Part shown: positions 40,230-56,939 of the stretch, in pieces | Layout: the number at the start of each line of letters is the position of its first letter | How positions within the stretch are numbered: the stretch's first letter is position 1 | Assembly (NCBI GenBank): GCA_964016885.1 | Contig: OZ024740.1 | Coordinates: 253,084,001-253,148,000 of the forward strand | DNA length: 64,000 nt | Source of the DNA: Eledone cirrhosa | Lineage: Eukaryota | Direction of reading: 5' to 3' | Program-made: the position numbers and the translations under genes | The notes under the pieces: generated by a model | Databases searched by the model: none | Seen by the model: only the letters and a program-made list of their open reading frames with translations | What the model was told of the DNA's origin: nothing

Positions 40230-40968
40230 TGGAACTGGATGGCTCTGTTATGAGGAGGGACAGACCAGTTGGCCACGCCGAACCCGTCTCACAGTGGAAC
40301 CATAGTTTAAGAACCCGGTACTGGATGGCACCGATACAAGGAGCCTAACCTATCTCACAGCATAGCCATAGTTTTGAGGCCCAGTATTGGATGATACTGC
40401 TATGAGGAAGGGCAGGTGCGGAATGACAGTTTGGGAGCCTGGGGTTGGATGGCACCACTATGTGGAGGGATCAGTTGGTGCCCAATACTGGATGGCATCG
40501 ATATGAGGAATCTAACCCATTTCACAGCATAGCCATAGTTTTGTGGTCTGGTACTGGATAGCACCGCTATGAGGAAGGACAAACCAGTTGGCCTGGCTGA
40601 ACCCGTCTCACAACGTGACCATAGTTTTGGAGCCCGGTACTGGATGATGCTAATATGAGGAAGGACAGGTGCTGAGCCACAGTTTGGGAACCTGGTGCTG
40701 GGTGGCACTACTATGCGGAGGGACAGGCCAGTTGGCCGCGCCAAACCCTTCATACAGCAAACCTTGAGTTCAGGTATTGGATGCCGTGTTGACTCTACTT
40801 TGACGAGGGGCAAGCCAGTTGGCTGGGCTGAGCCCATCTCACAGCAGAACCACAGTTTTGGAGTTCGGCACCGGATGACACTACTATGAGGAGGGACAGT
40901 ATGTGGAGGGACACACCAGATGGCCGCGTTGAACCCTTCTCACAGCGGTAGCCCCATTTCAGAGCCAG
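40230..40968. repeat. Tandem array of a 60-85 bp GC-richer unit
   Basis: Repeats of ctggatggcacc.ctatgaggagggacag.ccagttggcc..gc.gaaccc.tctcacag..g.accatagttttggagcc.gg; shorter runs at 26850-27110 and 32560-32690. Confidence 0.8.
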
Positions 40969-41021
<53 letters not shown>

Positions 41022-41239
41022 CACATATACATATGTGTATATATACATGCACACATACACATATACAAATATACACACACACATATACACATATATATAT
41101 ACATACATACATATATATACATATATGCACATATATATATATATATATACACTCACACATATATAAACAAATACACACACACATACAGGCATACGCACAC
41201 ATACAAGTACGCTTATACAAGTAAAAAAGGCAAGTAGGT

Positions 41240-42640
41240 AAAGAGTACTTACATAACCTGAATACTGGGAAACGGACCGAAAGAGGCCATAGGTTGAAGG
41301 TAGGGGTGGGGTGGGATGGAGAGGGAGGGGATATTTTGTCGAGTGAAGTGTTTCTTAAACTATCGTTCTGGGGACAGAATTGGTTTTTAGGATTTATACA
41401 TTGCATAGTTTTTGTGCATGCAGTTCGGGCAGTGTTCAGAGAGTTTGTTCAGTGTTGGGCCCTTGGCAAATAGTATTTTGTAGCTCTCCAAAATACAAAG
41501 GTAGCAACACTTGTGTCCTCCCATGTATGAGTGCACTCTCTGGAGTAATTTCCATTTGAGCGTGAAAGGGGTGGAGTTCCTCTTGAGGTCTCAGTGTTAT
41601 TTGGTTGGATTTGTCCAGTCTTCTGAACGTGGGGGTATGGGCATATCACTGGGTCTTAAATTTGTTGGATGTCATTCCAATATATGTTTTTTTGTTGTCA
41701 TGAATGTCTGAGATGACATCACATATACAATGTCATTCATCAGGCATTTGTTTCGTGAGGACACGCTTCCTTATTGTGACAATTTCAGAAGGCTCCCATG
41801 CAGGGGTGGGTTTTGGAGGTAGTAGGCTTACTTAATTTAGCAGTGTTGAGGTTGGCTATATTCCTAGCTAAGTTAGATGTAGTGGAGTAGGAGAGTCTTA
41901 TCATAATCTTATTAAAAATAGTGTAGTACCTATGTTGTGTGGGGAAGTGTTTATTCAGCAATTTGAAGAAATTCCTAGCTATTGGTATAGATACCTCTTG
42001 ATTGAAGGTGGGGTTGTACCAACTAATTTGCCTATGCCTATTTCTCCTAAGTGGTCTTGAAGTGTTTTCTAGATAGGTAATCTTTTCTTTAAAGCCACTA
42101 CGGGCAAGGGCTTTGTTGTAATAAGGGGCAGAGGCACTAAAAATGTCTTCATTGGCTGAGAAACCGGAAATTCTAAGTGAGACACTTTTAACTAAATTAT
42201 CAGTAATATTTTGGGGGTGGTTCAAACTAACAACTATGTATCTAAGGGATTCGTTAGGTTTGTGGTATGGGTAATAGAGGGAAGTATCTAAATCTAAAGT
42301 AACATCTAAAAAGTTGGCCCTAATCATATTTGATTCTATGGTTATTCTAAAACCTAGATTACAGAAGAACGGGCTTAAGTTTTTCCGAAACCCATCGGTG
42401 GTTCTGGGGTTTACCTTGTGCAAAGCAAAAAGGCCATCGTCGCAGTATAATCCTCTGGTCAAGGATATACAGGCCCACCAGGACACTAACCTCTGCTGAG
42501 TCACTTTCTCCCATACTGACGTCAAATGGAGTCTCAGACTTCTTGTTAATCCAGTAAGACCCTTTGTGAGATAAAAAGGTCTTACGGCCGTGGAGGACCA
42601 CATCCTGCTCAGCATCGGTGATGGTGGTAAAATTCAGCCA
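41240..42640 (-). mobile_element. Penelope-like retroelement (Naiad-like), 5'-truncated and frameshifted
   Basis: PFDVSMG..DSAEV..LVGLYIL, GLYCDD, NFLDVTLDL, YHKPN, WYNPTF, RLSYS, then Cys motif and YIGMT of GIY-YIG. Confidence 0.85.
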
Positions 42641-45600
42641 TTGACCTTCACCCATCCCAATCACCACCTTTTCCTACCACCAGAAAATGTACAAATACCA
42701 CCATATCATATTGACAGTCGGCTTTGCTGATGATTTTCTTTGAATGAAACAGTTCTAATCCTGTAGAAGCCGTTTCTATATTAAATATATATAAATAATG
42801 AGAAATATGGTTATAAATAACCATACTTCAATGTGGGTTTTATCAGTGTAGTTATTATATTTTTTCTCAATTCAATAACGAATAAGGTCTTGATTTTTTA
42901 AGTGGTAAAATTTTGAGAAATTATAAAAAATTATCATAAAGAGAAAATACCATAAAATATAAAATAAAATAAAACTTTGTCTTGTCTTTTTTTTTCATTA
43001 AAATGTCAATTTGAGAAACTATATTCATATATTGTTGATGTTTTCTATGAATTTAGTTGACTGTGTCGTTATTTAGCCTTAGGTCAACACTTGGTCATAG
43101 TATGTGTTATATGTACCCTTAATATAATTCCCAACATGGAAATGTAACAAAGTTGGACTTTTGAATTACAGGTACAATCAACTTAACAGGCTTCCACTCA
43201 ATTCCACTCACAAGGCTGAATCAACCAGAGTTACCCATGATACTACACAGTGAAATTGAACCCAGAACTTCATGGCTGCAATGCAAACTTTTAACTACTC
43301 AGCCACACCTACATACACAATAGAGTCTAAATATAGGCTCAAAGGAGTGTTAGTGATTTCAGGATGGTGTCCCTGTAGTGTTTTAGAGTGTTGCTGATCA
43401 CCATCATCATTACCATTATTACCTCCATCACCATCATCATCATCATCAATGTTATCATCATGACCATTATCACCACATCATTGCCATTATTACCATCATC
43501 ATCACCATTATTACTGCCATCACCACCATCACTAAAATGATGTTATGTCTAAGATATGATATATTGCCACTCATCTCAGTGTTATGTTGATGTTGTTGTT
43601 ATTTAGCCCAAGGTCAACCTCGATTGAGATCTATGATTGAACATAGCTTAGAGGCTAGAAGAGAGTTGGATTCGCAATCAGGAGGTAGCAAGTTCATCTC
43701 CCAAAATGGGCGATACGTTATGTCCTTGAGCAAGATACTTTATTTCATTTTGCTCTTTCTGCTAGGTGTTGCAACTGGTAGATAATATCAACAATGGAAA
43801 GACCAATGGAAACATTATTTTCTTGGTCTGATTGATGAGTTCTACCCCATTCGGTAAGCAAATGAGGTCTGGGATCTTGTTAATTGATTCCTATTTCTAT
43901 TGTTATACACCTTCCACAATAAATTTTATGAAAGAACCTTTGTTAAATTATGTTCCAAACACCAGCTTGATAATGATTTCTTGATTTTTTATGTTACATT
44001 ACTAAATGTTCCAATTTTGTTTTATTATTTTCAAAATGATTTGAAACACATTGACAATGCATTTCATTAGAAATATGGTAACGAAAGAGTTAATGACATA
44101 TTTTCTGGGATTATTAGAAGAAGAAAGAATAAAAGTTTGTAATAAATAAAGAATTGAAACTTATAAAATTTCTAGTTAATGCTTATAAGAGTTAAACTAC
44201 TTAACCCTTTTCATACCAAACTACCTGAAACCACCCCTGGTTGTACAAACAAAACTGCTTATTTTATATTTATCTAAAACCCTTTCATCATAATTTTATG
44301 TAAGAACCTATGTTAAGTAACTCTTGATTATTTATAACGTTATTTGATAGTCATAGACAATGTTTTTTATTAGAAATGTGGTAACAAAAGGGTTCAAATA
44401 TTTATATTCATCTAAAAAAAATTCCGTTATGTGAGAACTTGTTAAGTTATGTTCCAATAAGGAAAAACATTTTTTACTAAATCCCTTCAAATTCTTGATT
44501 ATTTCCAGAATTATTTGAAAAATATCATTAGCAGTGTCTTTCATGAGAAATATGGTAACAAAAGAGTTAACATATTTATATTATCTAAAAAGACTAATTA
44601 TTATTTATTCTATGTAAGAACCTTTGCGTAGTTATGATCCCCAAATCAGCTCGATAATGAAAAAATCATTTTACTAATTCCTTCCAAAAAATTAATTGAA
44701 ATATATAGTCTATTTCATTAGAAATATGGAAACAAAAGTGTTAACATTTTGAGTTAAACTTATTTTGTTGTTGTTTTCATCATTGTTTAAAAAGTTTTCT
44801 GTTTGATGATTGTTTGAAAATAATAATTATTGTTGTTGCTGACAATGGCTAAGTCATTTCCTCCACTCTTGTTTCCTCCACTCAAAGCTCACAATGACAG
44901 CTCAGTATTTTTTTAAAGGCAGCTGACAAATAGGAAGAAACTACTTAGATTTTAGAAAGATCCTGATACTGAAAACACCTCATTTAAACTTAAGATGTTG
45001 CTTTTGTGATTTAGTAGGAATTATCAAGACACTCATTCTAACTTCAAAAGTTTTATACAATTATTTATAATTATTAATTTGTTTATTATTGAGACATTCA
45101 CTGTAAGTTCAAACTTTTTTACAATTATTTATTTTTATAAAACTGTATTTAACAAAATCAGAAAAGAAAATGAACAATTATTGTTACCATTATGACTATT
45201 GGGGTGGATAGACAGAGCCTTTAAAGCTTTGGATAAATGCTTAATGTCTGCTAGCCTTGGAAGAAAGAGAATAGTTTCACAATTTCAGTTTTTTCAATTC
45301 CCCTTCTTCATTTAAACCTAACCTTGAATTATATCCCTAAACCCATACCCTAATTTATAGATGATGTGTTGTAGATGTTGTCAAACATACAACATACACT
45401 GATATGTGTTATGCAGGCTACAGACATTATCTGATACTTACAGTAGAGTGAAATAATTTATTCATTATCAATAGGTGACAGTTAATTGCAACACAAGTTT
45501 CACCAGTCTGAAACTTATATTCTGATCAACCCTTTGTGTTACAAGTAACTGCCACTTATTCATATAAAATATATGAACCCTTAATGCCCCATACCACATA

Positions 45601-46614
45601 AAGCTGCAATGACAAAAGATTCTTAAACAGTACAAAGCAGCATAATGATTACATCATTAAAAAGTCTTTATTTTAGTTTACTGCAAATTTTATCGATGCC
45701 CACTATATTATAAACATTTGCATTAACAAATCTGTTTCTAGATATTTTCTACAGGATGTTAAGAGTTAATTAAAAACCATACATATGCAACATTATTTTT
45801 AGTATAATTGGCTGTATCACATTAAAAATTAATGTCTTTACTCTAATACTGCAAATTTTCGCAATCATCTATCCACAAGTACAGATACTATAAATATTTG
45901 AATTAACAACGCTGTTTTTAGATATTTTCTGCTAAATCATTACAAAATAACTATAATTTATACGCAGTAATACAGAAGACCCGAGCCCCCACGGGTGCAA
46001 GCCGAAGCTGAAGCATATAGACAATATGCCCCCACACCCTCCCACTGCAAAGTAGTCGTGGAGGTGCCACGGCAAAAAAGCACCCAGCCCACACTGTAAA
46101 GTGGATGTGTTGGTGTTAGGAAGGGCATCCAGCTGTAGAAATCAAACCAGAATCAGTTCCCGTATGAGCAAGGCATGGTCAGCCGACCGGCTACTGCCCA
46201 CAACAGGACCACCCGTCTAACCCATGCTAGCGGGGAAGAATGGACGTAAAAAGGTGATGATGAGTTGTTCACGCCATTTAGATGTGCAGAGACTTCCAAT
46301 CAAAGTTCTCTTAAAGTGAGGAAAGGTATGCTAGAGATATCATTTTATTCCTTTACTGTTTTCACTCATGAGACTATGGCCAAACTGGCATACAACTTTG
46401 AGGAATTAGTTGATCATATCAACCCTAGTATTTATTTTAGTGATCTCTTTGTCAAACATCTAGATTTTGAGACATAAACACAGATAGAGATAGACACACA
46501 CATTCATTTAACACCTATTAAATGATATGTATGTTTTGTGTGTGTGCATATACATATATATGTGTGTATGTGTGTTTATATCCATATAGATATATGAGTA
46601 TGCATGTGTATGCA

Positions 46615-46813
46615 TATGAGAGTCGGCTGAAATGTTTATAGGCTGACCAAGATACTCTCATAGAATGACCAAATGAGATTTATTTTTCAACATAGTCCCT
46701 AGAAAGAAACAATGCAGTTATCAATAAGGGTTGAAATTAATGCATGCAAGATTTCACAGCTCTAGCATCAATCCTTCATAGTTGGCCTATGAACTTTTCA
46801 GCCAACCCTCATA
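46615..46813. mobile_element. Tc1/mariner-like MITE
   Basis: Imperfect TIRs tatgagagtcggctgaaatgtttataggctgac / gttggcctatgaacttttcagccaaccctcata with TA ends. Confidence 0.65.
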
Positions 46814-47529
46814 CATATATGTGTATATGTAACCAGAAACTGGAGGTACTAGCATGCCATACAGGGTGATGAACTCCTGCTGACAACATGGTTCCCCGCT
46901 AAATTATGTAATGTATACTAACATTATCTAATATTCTGCATATGGTTATTCCACTCAGAACACTGCCAGCAGATTGGAACCATAGAAACTGATGCATTGG
47001 TCCAGGTTTCTCAATTATCTTCCTTACTGACTAATGTATGTGTGTACTCTAACCAGTTGGGTTTCAATTTTAATAATATGAACTTAATTGATTATTGAGT
47101 GAATGAGGAAATGACCAAAGCTGTGTCCATTCTATTTGATAAGCTTTTGTCTCTTAATTATATGTGTGTGTGTATCAGCATTTTCATCTTTTTTTATGTC
47201 AGTTTTCCATGCTTCCATTGTCATTTCACCCCTTGAGGCTCAGGTCATTTCACCCCTTGAGGCTCAGCAACTTCACATCACTCCCATCCTCCATACATGT
47301 CACATGTCCAAACAAACTCAACCTTGTACACTACATCTGATTTCTTTAACGGTTAGATTTTCTCTCAGCTCATTTACACTATATCTTTCAGGTACCCTAA
47401 CATTGCACATCTAACAAACCATACTGACACTAACATTACACATCTAATAAAACATAACCTTCTGATATCAAACTGCCAAAAATTGCTCCTGGTTCTATGA
47501 TACAAATCTATTTGTTTTAAAATATATAT

Positions 47530-48665
47530 CATCATCATCATCATTTAACTTCTATCTTCCATGCTAGCATGGGTTAGACGGGAGTTGTCCCACTTGAGGC
47601 AAGATTGGTTGTGTGACCATGTCTCACTCGTATAGGACTATCTGGCAGGTTTTCTATGGCTGGATGCCATTCCTAACACCAACCACATTTACAGTGTGGA
47701 CCGGGAGGTTTTTACCATGTTACCTACACGACCACATTACAGCGTGGACTGTGTGTTGTTTTTTTTTTGTCGTAACACCTACACGACCTCATTTATTTAG
47801 GACTGGATGTTGTGGTACCAGCATAACTTTACAGAGAAGGGGTGGTGTTGGCGGGAGTGGGAGGATGGAGTAGGGGTAGTGGGTTGGGGTGTATGTTTGG
47901 TTTTGCGGGGCCTACTGACTGTAGGTTAACTTTGCACGTAGGGAAGGCGGGTCTTCTGTATTACTGCATGGCGCCGCCAAAGATCTCGATCCAGTGACAT
48001 TGTCTTAGAGAGGTGCAAGTGTGCAAGGTTGGAATTTATCATGTCATCCCAGGTTTTTCTGGGTCTACCTATTCCGTAACTTCCATCAATTTTGATCGCC
48101 CTGCACTTTTTTATATAGCTGTCGTCTTTCATGCACATCACGTGACCACACCAATGTAGTCTTCTCTCAAGTAAACAGCATCTGATCCCTCTTATTCCTA
48201 ATTTCTCACTTAGTTCATTTATATTTTACCGTTTGCGTACATTACTATTACACATCCAACGGAGCATGCATGCTTCGTTCCTTTCCAGTCTGCGCAGGTC
48301 CTCTGCACACAATGCCCATGTCTCACTACCATGTAACATTGCTGTTCATATACAAGTATCATACAATCTGCCTTTCATTTTTAGAGAGAAACCTTTTGTG
48401 GCCAACAGCGGTATAAGCTCTCTGAACTTTTTCCATCCCATTCTAACTCTGGCTACTGTAGTTTCAGAGTACCCTCCACTATTGCTGATTTTGTCACCCA
48501 GGTAACGGAAAGTGTCCACTATTTCTATAGAACCATCTGGGCAATAGAAGGAGCTAGTATCCTGTGGGCACTTGCTAATTATTGCACCTGAGCACCGACC
48601 ACATATAAAATCTATGTTCTTAGATAGCTTGCCTGTGATCCCACTACATCTTTTATGTACCCAAA
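47530..48665 (-). mobile_element. RTE-type LINE 3' fragment with 3' UTR
   Basis: WVHKRCSG..FRYLGD..GRPRKTW; close relative of the copies at 28433 and 50524. Confidence 0.85.
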
Positions 48666-49267
48666 AACCTCCCATCATAATTTTATCTAAGAACTTTTGT
48701 TATACTCTAAAAAAACCCAGCTTAATAAGAAGAAAGTTAGTCATACTACTAAAACCTTTCAAAGTGCTGCTTATTTTCAAAATGATTTGAAAATGATAGG
48801 TTGTGTCTTTCATTAGAAATATGGTAAAGGAAAGGTTAATGTATTGTTTCTGAACTTTCAGCATAGAAAGTATTATTAAGAGAAAGAAGTCTTCTGTTGA
48901 ATGATGCAGGACTATCAAACAACAAGGAATCCCAATTTAATCAATGAAACATCATTACACCAGTCAGCGTTACTAGACTTCCATGCAAGTAAGTTTTCAG
49001 TTAATTAAACATGTTAATTTTATGTATTTAGGTTAGATATATGTATACATTTTAAGAGGCTGCTAAAAGGTAAAAAATATAAATAAATTAAATTATCCCT
49101 ACATACGTTAATCATTAATACATTTAGGAGAGGAACATCTATGTAGGAGAAATCTCAAGCTCTAAAACCCATTAAATCAAATGATTAGCTTAAGATTTCT
49201 CCTCAGTTATTAGTATAACACTCTAATATCAACACATCTAAATTTATATAGTTTTAAACAATTTGAT

Positions 49268-49459
49268 GTTTCTGAAGACCCAGGTGTATTGATGATTAAC
49301 ATATGTAGTGATATTTTCATCTTTTACCTGTACTTTTGTGCTTGTGGAATGTTACTTGTTAATTTCCATAAACTAGCATCTTACGGAAATGATAAAATAA
49401 TGTTTTAAATCATCTCTATCTATTGTTAATTTCTACATTTGGTGAAACGTATGTAAAAC
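49268..49459 (+). ncRNA. Type I hammerhead motif with a long insertion in stem II
   Basis: gttt CTGAAGA c-ccaggtgta [~145 nt] tacatttgg-t GAAA cgtatg TA aaac. Confidence 0.6.
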
Positions 49460-49739
49460 CTATAAAATATTCTAATTCTCCCTAACACCTTGGTTATATT
49501 ATTTATTATTCATACTCTGTGATTTTACATTCATACAATTTTTGGATTTGTTTACCCCATGGAATACACCTTGGATGAATTTGTTCTTTATATTTGTGAA
49601 TCATATATATGTATTTAGCTTTAAATCTTCTTGCCGATTTTCTACCAAGTTGATATTTCAACTTTTATATATTTATATATACACATGCTTTCCTCCAAAA
49701 AACATTTTTTTTTACCTCTTGATTGAACCAAGGGGTCCT

Positions 49740-50135
49740 CCTGCCATCTGACACCAAGCCTCTTTCACCCACAGCATTTAACAGCTGAAGCAGAAACTGC
49801 TGAGCCGAACAATCTCCACTCTGTCTCAACATCCTTAGTTTGCTCAGGAAGTTATCTGAATTTGGATGCAATAGTATCTGCATACCTTGTCCTGACTTCC
49901 TCATCCACCAATGCTTTCCACTTCATCCTGTAGGTCACTCTGGACCTGCCAGTTTTGTGGGCTTCTTTGGCTTTAGGTAGTCTCAAGTTACAGATAACTA
50001 GATGGTGATCAGTTGACAGCTCAGCCCATCCCTTAACACAAATATCCAGCACAAAATAAGAGATCAGAGGCAACAACAAAATCAGTTATTGATCTCTGTC
50101 CCTGATTTCCATTATACCATGTATATGTATGCACA
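49740..50135 (-). mobile_element. LINE APE C-terminal fragment
   Basis: HTYTWY..QRSITDFVV, AELSTDHHLVICNLRL. Confidence 0.75.
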
Positions 50136-50447
50136 AGCTTCAGCTTCAGCATTCGGTAATCAGAAGAAGGGAGGTAGGTGTAAAAACCAAACTTGCTATC
50201 TTCAATTCTATATTTGTGCCAACCTTTACCTATGGTCATGAATTTGGGTAATGATTTTTTCTGTTTCTTCCTCTTCTCTATGTTTCTAGTTCATAATTTA
50301 TTTCTCATTTTATCTTCTGATGAAGGATTAGCATCCAAAATGTTAAGACTGTTTTCCTACTATACTAATAAACTATTAAACTAATATATATCTTCATTGT
50401 ACTGTATCCTTTTGCTGGTATTTTCACACACACATACATTTCTCCCC

Positions 50448-50514
<67 letters not shown>

Positions 50515-50523
50515 AATATATAT

Positions 50524-52048
50524 CCCTACTATTTATCATTGCCCTTCAGGCTATAACAGAGGAGTTCAAGACCGGCTGCCCATGGGAACTCCTATACGCA
50601 GATGACCTAACACTCATAGCTGAATCAATGGCCGAGCTAGAGAAGAAATTCCAAGCATGGAAGCACGGCCTAGAATCAAAAGGCTTTAAAATTAACCTGG
50701 CTAAGACTAAAGTTCTAGTTTGTAAGAAAGAAAATAAGGCAGCGGTCCCTTCCGGGAAGTGGCCATGCTCAGTGTGTAGGAAAGGCGTAGGTAGAAACTC
50801 CATTTTGTGTCCCAAATGCAAAGTATGGGTGCATAAAAGATGTAGTGGGATCACAGGTAAGCTAACCAAGAACATAGATTTTACATGTGGCCGGTGCTCT
50901 GGTGCAATAAGTAGCAGCAAGTGCTCACAAAATACTAGCTCTTTCAACTGTGCAGAGGGCTCTATAGAAATAGTGGACAGCTTCCGTTACCTGGGTGACA
51001 AAATCAGCAGTGGGGGAGGGTGCTCTGAAAGTACAGTAGCTAGAGTCAGAACTGGGTGGAAAAAGTTCAGAGAGCTTATACCACTATTAGCCGCTAAAGG
51101 GTTCTCCCTAAAAATGAAAGGCAGGTTGTATGATGCCTGCATACGAACAGCAATGTTGCATGGCAGTGAGACCTGGGCATTGTGTGCAGAGGATATACGC
51201 AGACTAGAGAGGAACGAAGCTTGCATGCTCCGCTGGATGTGTAATAGTAATATACGTGAACGGCAAAGCATAAACGAACTAAGGAAAAAATTAGAAATAA
51301 GAGGGATGAGATGTTTACTCGAGAGAAGGCTACGTTGGTATGGTCACGTGATGCGCATGAAAGATGATAGCTGTATAACAAAGTGCAGGGCAATAAAGAT
51401 AGACGGTAGCCACGGAGTAGGCAGACCCAGAAAAACCTGGGACGAACTGATAAATTCCGACCTCAGACACTTACACCTCTCCAAGACAATGTCACTGGAC
51501 CGAGACCTTTGGCGGTACTCAGTAATAGAGAAGACCCGCCTTACCTAAATACAAAGTGAAACCTACTACAGTCAGTAGGCATCTCTAACAAAATACACCC
51601 CCCCCCCCCCCACCCCATCCACACCGCCCCTTTCAATGTAAAGTTATGTTGGTGCCACAACATCCAGGCCGAAACAAATGAGATCGTGTAGGTGTCACGA
51701 CAAAAAAACACACAGTCCACGCTGTAATGTGGCCGTGTAGGCAACACGGTAAAAACCTCCCAGCCCCACACTGTAAATGTGGTTGGTGTTAGGAAGGGCA
51801 TCCAGCTGTAGAAAATCCGCCAGACAGTCCATGCTGTAATGTGGCCGTGTAGGCAACACGGTAAAAACCTCCCAGCCCCACACTGTAAATGTGGTTGGTG
51901 TTAGGAAGGGCATCCAGCTGTAGAAAACCCACCAGACAGTCCTATGCGAGCAAGACAATCACTCTTGCCTCAAGTGGGAAAACCCCCGTCCAAACCCATG
52001 CAAGCGTGGAACACGGACGTTAAACGTTGATGATGATGATGATGATGA
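50524..52048 (+). mobile_element. Young 5'-truncated RTE-type LINE (open RT C-terminal half with PHD-like finger) and 3' UTR
   Basis: Uninterrupted frame to 51548: LLFIIALQ..PWELLYADD..CSVC..CPKC..HKRC..CGRC..FRYLG..RLRWYGHV..GRPRKTW; internal duplication in the UTR; (GAT)n tail abutting (AT)n. Confidence 0.92.
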
Positions 52049-52129
52049 TATATATATATATATAGAGAGAGAAAAGGTGAAATTGGAAATAGCACAGAAG
52101 GGAAAAGCGGACGTAAAATGATGATGATG

Positions 52130-55935
<3,806 letters not shown>

Positions 55936-56094
55936 CTGTAAGCAAAAGGGATATTTAATTTGTTGGTAATTCAACAAATATATATATTTATAACTGATTC
56001 GAAGCACTCGACAAGTTTTCTGGAGTGTAATATCAATGATATCAATAATATCAATGATATTAATAAATGGAAACTATATTTATAAAACCATATT

Positions 56095-56153
56095 TATTCT
56101 ATTATATATTTCAAGGGTACCAAAACTTTGGTATGCCCTCATCAGATAAAATA
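56095..56153 (-). ncRNA. Type I hammerhead ribozyme motif
   Basis: tattttat CTGATGA gggcataccaaagttttggtaccctt GAAA tata TA atagaata. Confidence 0.75.
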
Positions 56154-56266
56154 CAAAGTTTGTTTTATAAATATTGACATATCCAGGAAGGAAAAACAAT
56201 CCAGGAAAAACTTGAACCGTTAAGATCTCCTTCCTGGATATGCCAATATTTATAAAACAAACTTTC

Positions 56267-56327
56267 TATTTTATCTGATGAGAGCATACCAAAGTTTTGG
56301 TACCCTTGAAATATATATAATAGAATA
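56267..56327 (+). ncRNA. Type I hammerhead ribozyme motif
   Basis: tattttat CTGATGA gagcataccaaagttttggtaccctt GAAA tatata TA atagaata. Confidence 0.75.
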
Positions 56328-56399
56328 AATATGGTTTTATAAATATAGTTTCCATTTATTAATATCATTGATATATATATATATATATGTATGTATATG

Positions 56400-56853
56400 T
56401 ATATATATATATATATAAAACCTGGGATGAGGTGATAAAAGCTGACCATGCCCAATTGCACCTCGCAAAGGCGATGACACAGGACCGAGACTTCTGACGT
56501 TACGCAGTAATATAGAAGACCCGACTTCCCATGGGAACAAGCCGAAGCTGAAGCATATAGGCATTATGCCTAACCCCCTCCCACTGTAAAGTGGTCGTGT
56601 AGGTGTCACGACGAAAATCACCGTCCACACTGTAATGTGGTTGTGTAGGCGCCATGGTAAAAAAAGCACCCAGCACTCACTGTAAATGAGGTTGGTGTTA
56701 GGAAGGGCATCCAGCTGTAGAAATCAAGCCAAAATCAGTTCCCGTATGAGTGAGACATGGTCACCTGACCTGGCATTGCCCTAACAGGACAACCCGTCTA
56801 ACCTATGCTAGCGTAGAAGAATGGACGTAATATGGTGATGATGATGATGATGA
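56400..56853 (+). mobile_element. RTE LINE extreme 3' end with UTR
   Basis: KTWDEVIKAD..-encoding stub plus shared tail ending in (GAT)n, inserted within (AT)n. Confidence 0.75.
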
Positions 56854-56895
56854 TATATATATATATATATATATATATCATCATCATCATCATCA

Positions 56896-56937
<42 letters not shown>

Positions 56938-56939
56938 AA

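Larger units (their letters stand above)
56048..56374. repeat. Fold-back inverted repeat (arms 56048-56192 and 56228-56374) carrying an HHR on each strand
   Basis: About 145-bp arms with few mismatches. Confidence 0.9.

Noticed and set aside
40230-40968. CRISPR-like array
   Set aside because: Eukaryotic context; units are degenerate tandem copies without unique spacers, and no cas genes are present.
42720-42775. CTGATGA...GAAA motif (related copy near 1478-1520)
   Set aside because: Stem II is only 3 bp and no convincing adjacent stem I could be formed.
50313-50348. HHR-like tctt CTGATGA aggat-tagc-atcc AAAA tg TT aaga (related stub at about 22915-22935 minus)
   Set aside because: Catalytic G12 is lost (GAAA to AAAA) and the other copy lacks stem II; inactive remnants.
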